Source of the DNA: Ostreococcus lucimarinus | Taxonomy: Eukaryota | DNA length: 64,000 bases | Assembly (NCBI GenBank): GCA_000092065.1 | Contig: CP000601.1 | Strand: one strand, 5' to 3' | In this document: piece by piece, positions 28,067 to 39,380 of the stretch | How the letters are laid out: each line of letters opens with the position of its first letter | How positions within the stretch are numbered: position 1 is the first letter of the stretch | The notes under the pieces: model-generated | What the model saw: the letters and a program-made list of their open reading frames with translations, nothing else | Told to the model about the DNA's origin: nothing | The model's database searches: none | Program-made: the position numbers and the translations under genes

Positions 28067-30365
28067 ATGACGCGCGGTGACGGCGCGCGCGACGGCGCGT
28101 CGACGCCGCGCGCCATCGGGCGCCTGCCGAGCGACGTCGTCAATCGCGTCGCCGCGGGAGAGGTGCGTCGAGGGCCGGCGCGCGACGGCGCGCGCGATGA
28201 GAGATTGAATGTTTGAACGTCAGCTCGACGACGGACGACGCGAACGCGCGACTGACGACGCGAGACGACGCGACGACCGAACGCGCGCGCAGGTGATCCA
28301 TCGACCGTCGAACGCGCTGAAAGAGCTGGTGGAGAACTCGTTGGACGCGGGCGCGAAGTCGATCGCGGTGACGACGAGGGAGGGCGGGAATAAACTGTTG
28401 CGAGTGCAAGACGACGGACACGGAGTGCGAATAGAGGACTTGCCGCTGCTGTGCGAGCGACACGCGACGAGTAAGATTGAAAAGTTTGAGGATTTAGCGC
28501 GATGCGAGAGCTTTGGGTTTCGAGGAGAGGCGCTGGCGAGCATGAGCTACGTGGCGCACGTGTCGGCGACGACGATGGCGGCGGGGGCGACGCACGCGAC
28601 TCGAGCGACGTATACGGATGGGAAGATGGATGCGGAGGGGGCGAAACCGATCGCGGGGGTGTTAGGAACTACGATTAGCGTGGAGAACTTGTTTTATAAC
28701 GTCGTGACTCGAAGGAAGGCGTTGAAGAGCGCGTCAGAGGAGTACTCGAAAGTGCTCGAGGTGTTGCAGAGGTACGCGGCGTTGCGAACGGATGTGGCGT
28801 TCACGTGTCGGAAGCACGGTGAGTCGCGAGCGACGTTGCACACTCCCGTGGCGCAATCGCGCGTCGAGCGGTTGCAGGCGATTTACGGTCCCACGGTGGC
28901 GAGAGATTTGAAGAAGCTCGACTTCGACAGCGAGCTGTCCAAGAAAAAGTTTGATTTCAAGCTGCAAGTGGACGGTTTAGTGAGCGGTGGGAATTATCAT
29001 TCAAAGAAGACGACGTTCATTTTGTTCATCAATTCGCGTTTAGTGGAGTGCGCGCCGCTCAAGCGCGCGTGTGAGTCGGTGTACGCGGCGATACTCCCCA
29101 AGGCTGAGAAGCCGTTTGTATTCATGCACCTCCGCCTGCCGTTTGAAGACGTCGACGTCAACGTGCATCCCACGAAACAGGAGGTGCACTTTCTGCACCA
29201 AGAAGCCATTGTGGAGTTGATTCAGTCCAAACTAGAGAAGATTCTTCTCGCGACGAATTCGTCGCGAACATTCACCGTGCAAACACTGCTTCCTGGCGCG
29301 GAGAAACTGGCAAAGAAGGATGACGAAAACGACGCCGAGCGAAGCGGCGACAAGGAAAATAGCGAAAAAGCGGACGAACCGCCGGCGTCGCAGGCGAAGA
29401 CGATGCGGACACAGCGCGAACGCGCGGGTGGTGATCACAAGCTCGTTCGCACGGATGCGAATTTAGCAGCGGGGAGTTTGGACGCGTACTTGCAGCGAGC
29501 GATGAATTCCGAGGGACGCGAACACGAGAAAATAGAAGAGGTTCGACGCGCGGTGAGAGAGCGTCGAGGACAGCGCACGGAACCCGAAGACACGTACGTG
29601 TGCGAGTTGACGTCTATTCGCCAGCTTAACACCGAAATCGCCAATCGCGCGCACAAGGAGCTCGGCGACGTGATTAAAAATCACACACTCGTCGGCGCCG
29701 TGGACGCGCGCAAAGGCGTGTGGTTACTTCAGCACCAAACCAAGCTCTTCATGGTGGACGCCGTAAAGCTCACCGAGGAAATGTTCCATCAAATGGCTTT
29801 GAAGAACTTCGCCAACTTTGGGTACCAATCGCTGCAAGATCCCGCGTCTTTGGCCGAACTCGCGCTGTGCGCGCTGGAGGATAAATTCGTCGACGACGAA
29901 GAGTGGGACGCGAGCGATGGCTCCAAGGAGGAAGTCGCAGAGAAAATCGCAGAGATGCTCGTCGAAAAGGCGGACATGCTCAAGGAGTATCTCGGCGTCG
30001 TCATCGACAAGGAACGGCGTCAGATCACCGGAGTGCCGTCGATGCTTCCCGGGTACGCGCCGGAAATCGGCAAACTTCCCGAGTTCGTCCTCGCCCTCGC
30101 CGAAGACGTCGATTGGACGAGTGAAAAAGAGTGCTTCGAAACCTGCGCTCGAGTCATCGGCGCATTTTTCGCCATGGACTGCTCTTTCCACGATCCGAAA
30201 GCCGAAGAAGGCGACGCCGAGTCCGACGCTCGTCGCGTCGCTCGCCTCTGCGTCTTTCCCGCGATGAAGCGCCGTCTCGCCCCGCCTCGTCGTTTCGCCG
30301 ACGACGGCACCGTCATTCAGATCGCGTGCCTCGAGCAGTTGTACAAAATTTTCGAGCGCTGTTAG
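28067..30365 (+). CDS. MLH1: DNA mismatch repair protein MLH1; two exons join(28067..28162,28293..30365)
   Basis: Exon 1 MTRGDGARDGASTPRAIGRLPSDVVNRVAAGE joins exon 2 VIHRPSNALKELVENSLDAGAKSIAVT, reconstituting the universal MutL motif AAGEVIxRPxNAxKELxEN. GHKL ATPase blocks DDGHGV and GFRGEAL follow. Full-length C-terminal MLH1 domain ends ...YKIFERC. Confidence 0.85.
28163..28292 (+). other. spliceosomal intron (130 nt) in MLH1
   Basis: GTGCGT donor. ACTGACG branch-like motif at 28251-28257. CGCGCAG acceptor. Removal restores the frame and the conserved MutL motif. Confidence 0.8.
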
Positions 30366-30717
30366 TCGGTCCGCGTCGTCGTCGTCGCCCTCGAACGGCG
30401 TCGGCGTTCCGAATCGTCTCGCGGCGCGTCGCCCGGTCGTAAAGCTTGAAATCGTGAACCAACCAGCCGTTCGATTCAACCGACGCGCGTCGACCGCGCG
30501 CGCCTCGGTCGTCACTCCCGCGCGCGCCACCGGCTCGACGGACGGACCGACGCGACCGACGCGACCGACGCGCGCGTTCGAATCGTGCATGCGCGCCGCG
30601 CGTCTCGTCGCCGCGCGCGTCGCCGCGAGAACGCCGACGTCATCGCGTCGCCTCGCCGCTCGAAAACTCAAAACGACGACCCGCGCGCGCGACGCCGCGA
30701 TCGCCGAGCGAGCGAGC

Positions 30718-32702
30718 ATGACGACGGGCGAACGCTCGAACGCGTCGAAGCTCGCGGCGGTGCGAGAGGCGATGGCGAAGCGAGGGGTGCGAGCGGTCGT
30801 CGTGCCGTCGCAGGATCCGCACTTTAGGCGCGTCGGCGAAGCGAAGGCGAACGAACGAAACGAGGAACGACGACGCGCGCGACGGGAAAGACTGACGAAC
30901 GGGCGAGGGCGTGTTTTTGTGGGGAACGCAGTGAGTACGTGGCGGCGTGCTTCGAGCGACGACGATGGTTGAGCGATTTTACGGGGTCGGCGGGGACGGT
31001 GGTGGTGACGGACGCGGCGGCGTTGTTGTGGACGGATGGACGGTATTTCGTGCAGGCTGAAGACGAGCTGAGCGAGGACTGGACTCTGATGCGAAGTGGG
31101 GTGAAGGATGTGCCGGACGTGAAGAAGTGGTTGTGCGCGGAGGAGGCGGGACTGGCGTTTACCGGAGCCAAGGTGGGCATCGATCCAAACGTGCACTCGG
31201 TGAGCGAGGCGCGAGGTTTGAGAGAAGCGTTGAGCGCGTGCGGGATCGAGTTGATGAGCGTCGAAGAGAACTTGGTAGATTTGGTTTGGAGCGATCGTCC
31301 ACCGTTCCCGAAGACGCCGCTCAGAGTGCACCCGATGGAGTACGCGGGGAAGAGCGTGGCGGAAAAATTGGAAAACCTTCGAGAAAAAATGAAGGAAAAC
31401 GACGCGCAGAAGCTCGTCGTGAGCTCGTTGGATGACGTCATGTGGCTATGCAATGTTCGAGGCGGTGATGCACCGTGTAATCCGGTGACGTTGTCTTACG
31501 TCTTGGTGGGTGAAAACGACGCTTCGTTTTACGTCGACACGGACAAGGCGACGCCTGAAGTCGTGGCGCATCTCGCCGAGGCAAACGTGACGATCAAGCC
31601 GTACGAAGACATGGCCAAAGACGTGTATGCCGCGGCACAGCGCGGTGAGCGACTCTGGATGGACGTCGATAAGGTCTCCATCGCCATGCTCGAACAGGCT
31701 GAAGCCGGAGCCGCCGAAGCGCCCAAGGATGCGAAAAAGGTGAAGACGGAGAGCGCGCCGTCCGCCATCAAGGAGGGCACGTGTCCGGTCCCGATCGCAA
31801 AGGCGGTGAAGAATGAGGCCGAGATGGCCGGTATGGTCGAAGCCCACCTCATGGATGGCGCTGCGATGGCTGAATTCTGGTGCGCGATCGAGCGAGACGT
31901 CGCCGAGGGGCGCGCCATTGACGAGTACGAAGCTGGCGAGAGGGTCTTGGCGTGCCGAGCCAAGCAAAACGGTTTCTTCGAAGAATCGTTCCCGACGATC
32001 GCGGGTGAAGGTCCTCATGGCGCCGTGGTGCACTACCGTGCTTCGAAAAAGAGCGCGAGGGCTATCGGTAAGGACAGCTTATTACTCTGCGACAGCGGCG
32101 GCCAGTACGCGTGTGGCACGACGGATGTCACTCGAACGGTGCACTTCGGAACGCCCACCGCTCATCAAAAGGAGTGCTACACGCGCGTGCTCCAAGGTCA
32201 CATCGCACTCGACCAAATGGTTTTCCCTGTCGGCACGAAAGGTTTCGTTCTCGACGCCTTTGCGCGATCGCACCTGTGGGCCAACGGCTTGGATTACCGT
32301 CACGGCACCGGCCACGGCGTCGGCGCGGCGCTCAACGTGCACGAAGGTCCGCAAGGAATCTCTCCGCGTTTTGGAAACATGACGCCCCTTATGCCAGGAA
32401 TGATCTTGAGCAACGAGCCGGGGTATTACGAAGACGGTGCGTTCGGTATCCGCATCGAGACGCTTCTGCAAGTGAAGGAGGCGAAGACTGCGCACAACTT
32501 CGGAGACACTGGATTTTTATGCTTTGACGTCTTGACGTTGATCCCGATTCAAACGAAACTCATGGACTTGAGCATTATGAGTGAAAAAGAAATCGCGTGG
32601 GTGAACGCGTATCACGAAAAAGTTTGGCAACAAATTTCCCCGCGAGTGTCGGGGGAGACTAAAACGTGGCTCGAACGCGCGTGTGCAAAGATTTCCAAGT
32701 AG
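30718..32702 (+). CDS. Xaa-Pro aminopeptidase P (M24B); two exons join(30718..30827,30932..32702), probable GC-AG intron
   Basis: Exon 1 MTTGERSNASKLAAVREAMAKRGVRAVVVPSQDPHF resembles the APP N-terminus (...YIVPSEDAHQSEY). Exon 2 (S)EYVAACFERRRWLSDFTGSAGT...WTDGRYFVQA continues it. C-terminal M24 motifs HGTGHGVGAALNVHEGPQ and the EPGYY block. Confidence 0.7.
30828..30931 (+). other. candidate GC-AG intron (104 nt) in aminopeptidase P
   Basis: GCGCGT at the 5' end is one T-to-C change from the GTGCGT used by the other introns. ACTGACG at 30891-30897. T-rich tract then AACGCAG acceptor. The splice gives the in-frame join ...DPHF|SEYVAAC. Confidence 0.5.
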
Positions 32703-32883
32703 GCGGCGTAGATTTACGTGTTTTAATTTGATGTTGAATTCGAGGTTGTTTTCGGCGAAAATTTGAATGCGTCTCTCGTTACAACTTTATTTTAGGATCA
32801 CATTCGTTCGTTGAACACAAAAGTATGGTACGACGTATTTTCTCACTGGGACTCTATACCGCTAAGATCAAGAAGCAAAGGCT

Positions 32884-34287
32884 TTAGATGGCCTTGTACT
32901 CAACCTTGGTGATCTTACCCAACATGACGGCGGTGTTACCGTCCAAGAAAGCGATGCGGGAAAGACCTTCGCACTTCTTGAAGGAGTCGACGACGAGCGG
33001 GTGGACCGGCTCGAAGACGCACTCGGCGACTTCGTTGGACTTCAACGACATCGGGGACTCGAGCTTCTTACCGCCGGTTTCCTTGCCAACCTTGAAGTTG
33101 AGCGCGGTCAACTTGCACGCGGAGCGGCCGCATCGGACGAAACCGATGGGGCTGTAGCCCGCCTTGAGTTCACCCGGAATGTCCAAGGTTTGGATTTGCG
33201 CGGTGAACTCCTTGCACGGGGCGAGGGAGGTGTCCTTCTTGTAGATCATCACGTCACCGGTGCGCGGCATGTTGAGCTTGTCGAGACCCTTGATGTTCAT
33301 ACCGACGTTGTCACCCGGCGCGGCGGCTTCGACGCGCTTGTGGTGCATTTCGACGGTGAACACCTTACCACCGCACGGGTTGGAGGAGGTGTGGGTCGGG
33401 AGGAAGACGACGTCTTCACCCGGCTTGACGAGACCTTGCTCGACGCGACCGGCGAGGACATCACCGACACCCTTGATCTTGTAGACACCGGAAATCGGAA
33501 GGCGCATGGCGGCTTCCGTGTTGCGGTCCGGCTTGTCGACCATGTCGTTGAGGACGTTGAGGAGGCAGTCGATGTGGAACTTCTTGCCGCCGCCCATGTA
33601 GTCTTCGACGTCGACGCCGTTCCACCACGGCATCTTCGCGGACTTGGACAACAAGTTGTCGCCGTTCCAGCCAGAGATCGGGAGGACCGGGACGCTCTTC
33701 TCGACGTAATCCTTCTTCCAGCCGACCTTGATCAACATGTTCTTCATTTCGTTGCGAATTTCTTCGTAACGCTCTTGCTTGTAGCCAGCCATGTCGCAAT
33801 CCATCTTGTTGATGCCGCAAATGAGCTGCTTGACGCCGAGCAAGTTGAGAAGACGCGCGTGCTGGCGCGTTTGGCCTTGGACTTCACCAGCCTTGTGGTT
33901 ACCCTTTTGGATGGCGACCGTGAAGTTACCGTCCGCCGGCACCATGAGAAGCGCCACATCGGCTTGCGCCGCGCCGGAAATCATGTTCTTGATGAAATCG
34001 CGGTGACCCGGGGCGTCGATGATGGTGTAGTGCCACTTGTCCGTGAAGAATTCCTTGGTCGTGCAAGAAATCGTCACACCACGCTCACGCTCTTCCTTTT
34101 GGCGATCCATGTAGAACGCGAACGCGAAAGAAGACTTACCGAGCGCATCGGCTTCGGCGCGAAGCTTTTCGAGTTCGCGCTCCGGGATACCCCCGAGCTC
34201 GAATAACAAGCGACCGGTCGTCGTCGACTTACCGGAATCGACGTGACCGCAGATCACGATGGAAAGATGTTCCTTGCCTTCAGACAT
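32884..34287 (-). CDS. EFL: EFL (elongation factor-like GTPase, the EF-1alpha paralogue/replacement)
   Basis: [42 protein letters not shown] and [25 protein letters not shown] are EFL-type rather than EF-1alpha-type (MGKEK..[24 protein letters not shown]). Intact 467-aa ORF. Confidence 0.9.
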   Translation of the reverse strand: [467 protein letters not shown]

Positions 34288-34901
34288 TGTGCGTTTATTT
34301 CAACTGTTTCGAGCCACGCGCGCATCGTCAGTCCCCCTTCCTCTCGTCTCGCCTCGTCCCGCGTCCAAACCTCCCGCCATCGCGCCGCCATCGGATCGCG
34401 ATCGTCAACCTCGCCCCCCCCCCTCGCTCGCGACCCTCGCGCGCGTCCCGCGCCGCCCGATCCATCGCGCGCGTATTCCTCCCGATCGTTTCCATCCGCG
34501 ACCGACGCCTCGCGCGTCGCATCGCGGCGTCACCGCGTCCGATCGTCGTCCGCGCGCCGTCCGCGATCGATCGTCGTCCGCGATCGATCGCGCGGCGCCC
34601 GCATCGCCTCGCCCTCGCGTCGTCGCGCGCCCTCGCGCGCGCGCCGCGACGCGCGCGAATATTTCCCACCGCCGCGTCCGTCGATCGCCGTCGCGCGCGC
34701 GTCGTTCGCCGCGCGCGGGCGCACCTTTGACCGTCGAAGAATGGCGCCGCCGCCGTCCTGGGGTCTTCGCGAGGATGCGTCGACGCGTGCGTTTCGTCGA
34801 CGGTTCATGACTCAAGAGTATGTGTCTTCGTATGGGTAAACAGTGTGAGTATCAGCAGAACGCCGCCCAGCCTCGACGGCCCGCGCGGCGGACGCCGCAG
34901 C

Positions 34902-35894
34902 ATGGCGCGCGCGCGCGCCGACGCGCGCGACGCGCGCGCGAGCGATTGGCGCGCGTTCGTCGCCGGCGTCGCGGGCGGCGCGTCGAGCACGCTCGCGCTG
35001 CACCCGCTCGACGTCGTGAAGACGCGGCTGCAGGTGCAGGACGACCCGGACGCGCGACGCGCGCGGTACGCGGGCGCGTGGCGAGGCGCGCGACGGATCG
35101 TCGCCGAGGAAGGCGCGCGCGGGATCTACGCGGGCGCCGCGCCGGCGATCGTCGGGAGCGCGGTGAGCTGGGGGGCGTATTTCGCGTGGTACGACGGCGC
35201 GCGGGCGCGGTACGCGGACGCGCTCGGACGAGAGCGAAACGGGGCGCTGCCGGCGGGCGCGAACATGATGGCGGCCACGGAGGCGGGGGTGGTGACGACG
35301 GTGCTGACGAACCCGATTTGGGTGGTGAAGACGCGGTTGCAGTTGCAGAGAGGAGGAGGATTAGGGGACGCGGCGAGCGAAGCGGCGAAGAGCGGCGAAA
35401 AGCGATACGCGGGATTCGTCGACGCGTTGGCGACGATCGCGCGAAAGGAAGGGTTGAGAGGGTTATACAAGGGACTCGTGCCGTCGATATGGCTCGTCTC
35501 GCACGGTTCGATACAGTTGACGGCGTACGAGTGGTTGAAGGAAATCGCGGCGAGCGGCAGAGCGAGACGCGCGCGAGGGGGCGCGGCGGACGTCGCCCCG
35601 GTCGAGGCTGGCGCCCTGGGCTTGGCGTCGAAATTCATCGCCGTGACCGCGACTTATCCAATTCAAGTCGTGCGCGCGCGCATTCAACAGCGCTCGGACG
35701 TCGGTAGACCCGCGGACGCCCCGACGTACGCGCGCTTCGGCGAAGCCGTCTCGCGCACCTTCGCTCGCGAGGGCGTTCGCGGCTTCTACAAGGGCTTCGC
35801 CCCCAACGTCGTTCGCGTGTTACCGAGTTCGGCCATCACGTTCGCCGCGTACGAGGGCGTTTTAGGCGTATTAAACGACGATCCCGTCGCGTAG
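34902..35894 (+). CDS. Mitochondrial carrier family protein (folate/FAD/NAD-transporter-like)
   Basis: Three tandem ~100-aa repeats each with P-x-D/E-x-x-K/R-x-R/K-like signatures (HPLDVVKTRLQVQ, NPIWVVKTRLQLQ, YPIQVVRARIQQ) and six TM helices. Confidence 0.75.
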   Translation: MARARADARDARASDWRAFVAGVAGGASSTLALHPLDVVKTRLQVQDDPDARRARYAGAWRGARRIVAEEGARGIYAGAAPAIVGSAVSWGAYFAWYDGARARYADALGRERNGALPAGANMMAATEAGVVTTVLTNPIWVVKTRLQLQRGGGLGDAASEAAKSGEKRYAGFVDALATIARKEGLRGLYKGLVPSIWLVSHGSIQLTAYEWLKEIAASGRARRARGGAADVAPVEAGALGLASKFIAVTATYPIQVVRARIQQRSDVGRPADAPTYARFGEAVSRTFAREGVRGFYKGFAPNVVRVLPSSAITFAAYEGVLGVLNDDPVA

Positions 35895-35920
35895 CGTAGC
35901 GTAGCGTAGCGTAGCGTAGC
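35891..35920. repeat. (GTAGC)6 microsatellite
   Basis: Perfect pentamer repeat overlapping the stop codon and 3' end of the carrier gene. Confidence 0.9.
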
Positions 35921-36003
35921 CGTTTGCAACGCGTCCTCGCGCGAGGGCGCCTCGAAACGACGATTGGCTTCGCCGACCGACGCCTCGCGCACTTCGCGAC
36001 GCG

Positions 36004-37260
36004 ATGTCGCGCGCGCCCGACGTCGCGAGCGAGCGACGCGACGCGTCGCGCGTGTCCATGCCGTTCGCGCCCGGCGCGATCCCGCGAAGCGAGAGCTACG
36101 ACGCGTTCGTCGCGTCGGTGCCCGACTCGCGCGCGTCGCCGGTGAAATCGCTCGCGCGCGCGCGCGATGCCTCCGCGAGCGCGACGACGGGCGACGACGA
36201 GCGACCGCGCGTGATGCTGCTCCACTGCGGCGGCACGCTCGGGATGGGGGTGGAGTCGTTCGAGCTGCGAGAGGCGGACGTCGTCCCGCGCGCGGGTGGC
36301 AAGTACAGACCGCTGGGGGCGTCGAAATATCTGTTGGACGTGCAGGAGGTGATACCCGAGCTGCGAGATTTCGCGCGGCTGGACGTGGAGGTGTTGATGA
36401 ATAAAGACTCGAGCGAGATGGACGGAAAGGATTGGGTGACGCTCGCGCGGGCGCTGCACGAGAGGAGGGAGGAGTACTCGGCGTTCGTCGTGGCGCACGG
36501 AACGGATACGATGGCGTACGCGGCGAGCGCGCTGTCGTTGATGCTGGTTGGGTTCGGAAAGCCGATCGTGTTGACGGGCTCGCAGTTGCCTCTGTCGTTC
36601 GCGCGATCGGACGCGCGCCAAAATTTGATTGACGCCCTGACGTGCTGTTGCGCGAGTCGAAGCTGCGGAGGTACCGTGGATTTCGCGGAGGTGGCGATTT
36701 GTTTCGGCGGTAAGCTTTTACGCGGGAATCGCGCGTCAAAGACGAGCGCGACGGTGTACGCGGCGTTTAGTTCACCTTCGTATCCAGCGCTCGCGAGATT
36801 AGGAGTGGGGGTCGATTGGAACCACGCGCGTTTGTTACGGCCGGCGCCAGAGTACGCGCCGCAATTTGAGTTGAATTCGAACGTCATACGCGTCCCGGTG
36901 ATTCCTGGCTTAGACATCGAAAAGGCGTACGGCGATTTGTACGGTCGAGGCGTGCGAGGCATCATCTTGGAAGCGTTCGGCGTGGGAAACTTCCCGCAGA
37001 GCCTCGTCCCTTGGCTCACCAGCCAAGCGTCGCGCGGATTGCAAATCTACCTATCGACGCAGTGTCAAAGCGGCGAATTACGACCGGAGCTCTACGCCGC
37101 CGGTCTCGGCGCGTTAGCCGTAGGGGCCAAATCTGGCCCGGTCATGACCAGCGAGTGCGCCGTGGTCAAAATGATGCTCCACATCGCGAATCCCGAGCTC
37201 GAGCTCCACGTATCGTACTCTGGCGAAGCCGGCGACGTCGATTTTTGCGACATCAAGTGA
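36004..37260 (+). CDS. L-asparaginase (type I / cytoplasmic-type)
   Basis: VMLLHCGGTLGM (active-site TGGT-like region). FVVAHGTDTMAYAASALSLML and PIVLTGSQLP are asparaginase family blocks. Start could alternatively be MPFAPG (about 36058). Confidence 0.7.
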   Translation: MSRAPDVASERRDASRVSMPFAPGAIPRSESYDAFVASVPDSRASPVKSLARARDASASATTGDDERPRVMLLHCGGTLGMGVESFELREADVVPRAGGKYRPLGASKYLLDVQEVIPELRDFARLDVEVLMNKDSSEMDGKDWVTLARALHERREEYSAFVVAHGTDTMAYAASALSLMLVGFGKPIVLTGSQLPLSFARSDARQNLIDALTCCCASRSCGGTVDFAEVAICFGGKLLRGNRASKTSATVYAAFSSPSYPALARLGVGVDWNHARLLRPAPEYAPQFELNSNVIRVPVIPGLDIEKAYGDLYGRGVRGIILEAFGVGNFPQSLVPWLTSQASRGLQIYLSTQCQSGELRPELYAAGLGALAVGAKSGPVMTSECAVVKMMLHIANPELELHVSYSGEAGDVDFCDIK

Positions 37261-37518
37261 CCGCTCGCGCCTCGTTCCACGCACTATCCAAACCTAAAAG
37301 TAGCCCTTTTAATTTTAGCCACCGCGCGCCGAATCGACCGACCGCGCCGGCGTCGGGGCCACGGTCAAAATCGCGAACCGCCGCTGGACTCGCGAATGGC
37401 GACTTTGGATGGATGACTTTGGTCGGCATCAGATCGCGACGCGTCCACGACGCACGCGCGCATCGATCTCCCTTTGGACGCGCACACGCGCGCGTGAACG
37501 TGATCCCACGCCGTCGCG

Positions 37519-39286
37519 ATGTCGCTCAAGTCCATCAACCCCAACGCCGAGCTCATGAACGCCGATGCCGCGCTGTTCATGAACATCAACGCCGCCAAGG
37601 GTCTCCAAGACGTGATGAAGACGAATTTAGGCCCGAAAGGGACGATCAAGATGCTCGTCGACGGTGCTGGAGGTGCGTGTACGATCGTTTCGTCGATACA
37701 TCGCGGTTTCGCGCGTCACGGCGGCGCGTGAGAGATGCGCGGTGACGGTGATCTGTTGGATTTCGCGCGAACGCGGCGCGGCGTTGACTCTGTTGACCGA
37801 ACGACTGACGGCGATGTTGAAATCGATGTGCGTAGGTTTGAAGCTCACGAAGGATGGGAACGTGCTGCTGAGAGAGATGCAGATTCAAAACCCGACGGCG
37901 ATCATGATCGCGAGGACGGCGGTGGCGCAGGATGATATCACCGGGGACGGGACGACGACGACGGTGCTCGTCATCGGAGAGTTGTTGAAGCAAGCGGAGC
38001 GGTATTTGAATGAGGGTTTGCATCCGAGAGTGATCGTGGAGGGATTCGATGTGGCGAAACGCGAGTCGCTGAAGTTTTTGGAAACGTTCAAGCGCGCGGC
38101 GCCGGGTGTGGAAGCGCCGGATCGAGAAATGTTGTTGTGCGTGGCGCGCACGGCGTTGCGAACAAAGTTGCGGGAAGAGTTGGCTGATAAGTTGACGACG
38201 ATCGTCGTCGACGCTGTGTTGTGCATCGCCAAACCGGAAGAGTCGATCGATTTGCACATGGTGGAGATCATGACCATGAAGCATCAGACGGATGACGAAA
38301 CCAAATTGATTCAGGGTTTGGTCCTCGACCACGGGGCGAGACATCCGGATATGAAGAGATACGTGGAGGACGCGTTCGTGTTGACGTGTAACATCAGCCT
38401 GGAATACGAACGATCGGAGGTGAACTCGACGTTCATGTACACCGATGCGGAACAGCGCGAGAAGATGGTCGCCGCCGAGCGCGCGTACACCGATGAAACC
38501 GTGCGCAAGGTGATCGCGCTCAAGAAGCAGGTGTGCGACGGCAACGACAAGGGTTTCGTCGTCATCACACAAAAGGGGATCGACCCAATCTCTCTGGACA
38601 TGCTCTGTAAGGAAGGCATTATGGGACTTCGTCGCGCCAAGCGCCGAAACATGGAGCGTCTCGTCCTCGCATGTGGTGGTCAATGCATCAACTCTGTTGA
38701 GGAACTCTCGCCGGAAATTTTGGGCCACGCCGGCGAAGTGTACGAGTACGTCTTGGGCGAGGAAAAGTACACTTTTGTGGAAAAAGTCGTCAACCCGACG
38801 TCGTGCACGGTACTTTTAAAAGGCTCGAACGATCACACCATCGCACAGCTCAAGGATGCGGTGCGAGATGGCTTGCGGGCGGTGAAGAATGTGTTGACCG
38901 ACAAGGCCGTGGTTCCGGGCGCGGGTGCGTTTGAGATGGCCTTGAACAAGCACTTGAAGGAGAACGTCACCAAGATGGTCGAAGGTCGCGCGAAACGCGG
39001 CGTCGAGGCGTTTGCGGAAGCCATGCTCGTGGTCCCGAAGACACTCGCGGAGAACAGCGGTTACGATCCGCAAGACGCCATCATCGACATGCAAGAGGAG
39101 CACGACAGAGGCAACGTCGTCGGTTTCGATATCAGCATCGGCGAGCCCTTCGACCCCACCATGAGTGGTATCTACGACAACTTTCTCGTCAAACAGCAAA
39201 TTCTGCACTCTGCGCCCATCATCGCCACGCAGTTACTCTGCACGGATGAGGTTCTCAGAGCGGGCGTGAACATGCGCAAGCGATGA
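37519..39286 (+). CDS. CCT6: T-complex protein 1 subunit zeta (CCT6); join(37519..37672,37836..39286)
   Basis: Exon 1 [51 protein letters not shown]. Exon 2 (G)[50 protein letters not shown]. This is the CCT-zeta N-terminus including the GDGTT ATP-binding motif; a full-length chaperonin follows. Confidence 0.85.
37673..37835 (+). other. spliceosomal intron (163 nt) in CCT6
   Basis: GTGCGT donor. ACTGACG at 37804-37810. TGTGCGTAG acceptor. Phase-1 splice restores the CCT6 N-terminal alignment. Confidence 0.8.
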
Positions 39287-39380
39287 TCGACGCGAGTCAG
39301 AAACTTATAGAATTTAGTGGTGGTGCGTACGCACGTACGTAGTAGCAGCGTGTGTGAATCTACAAGGAAAGAATTGCTAA

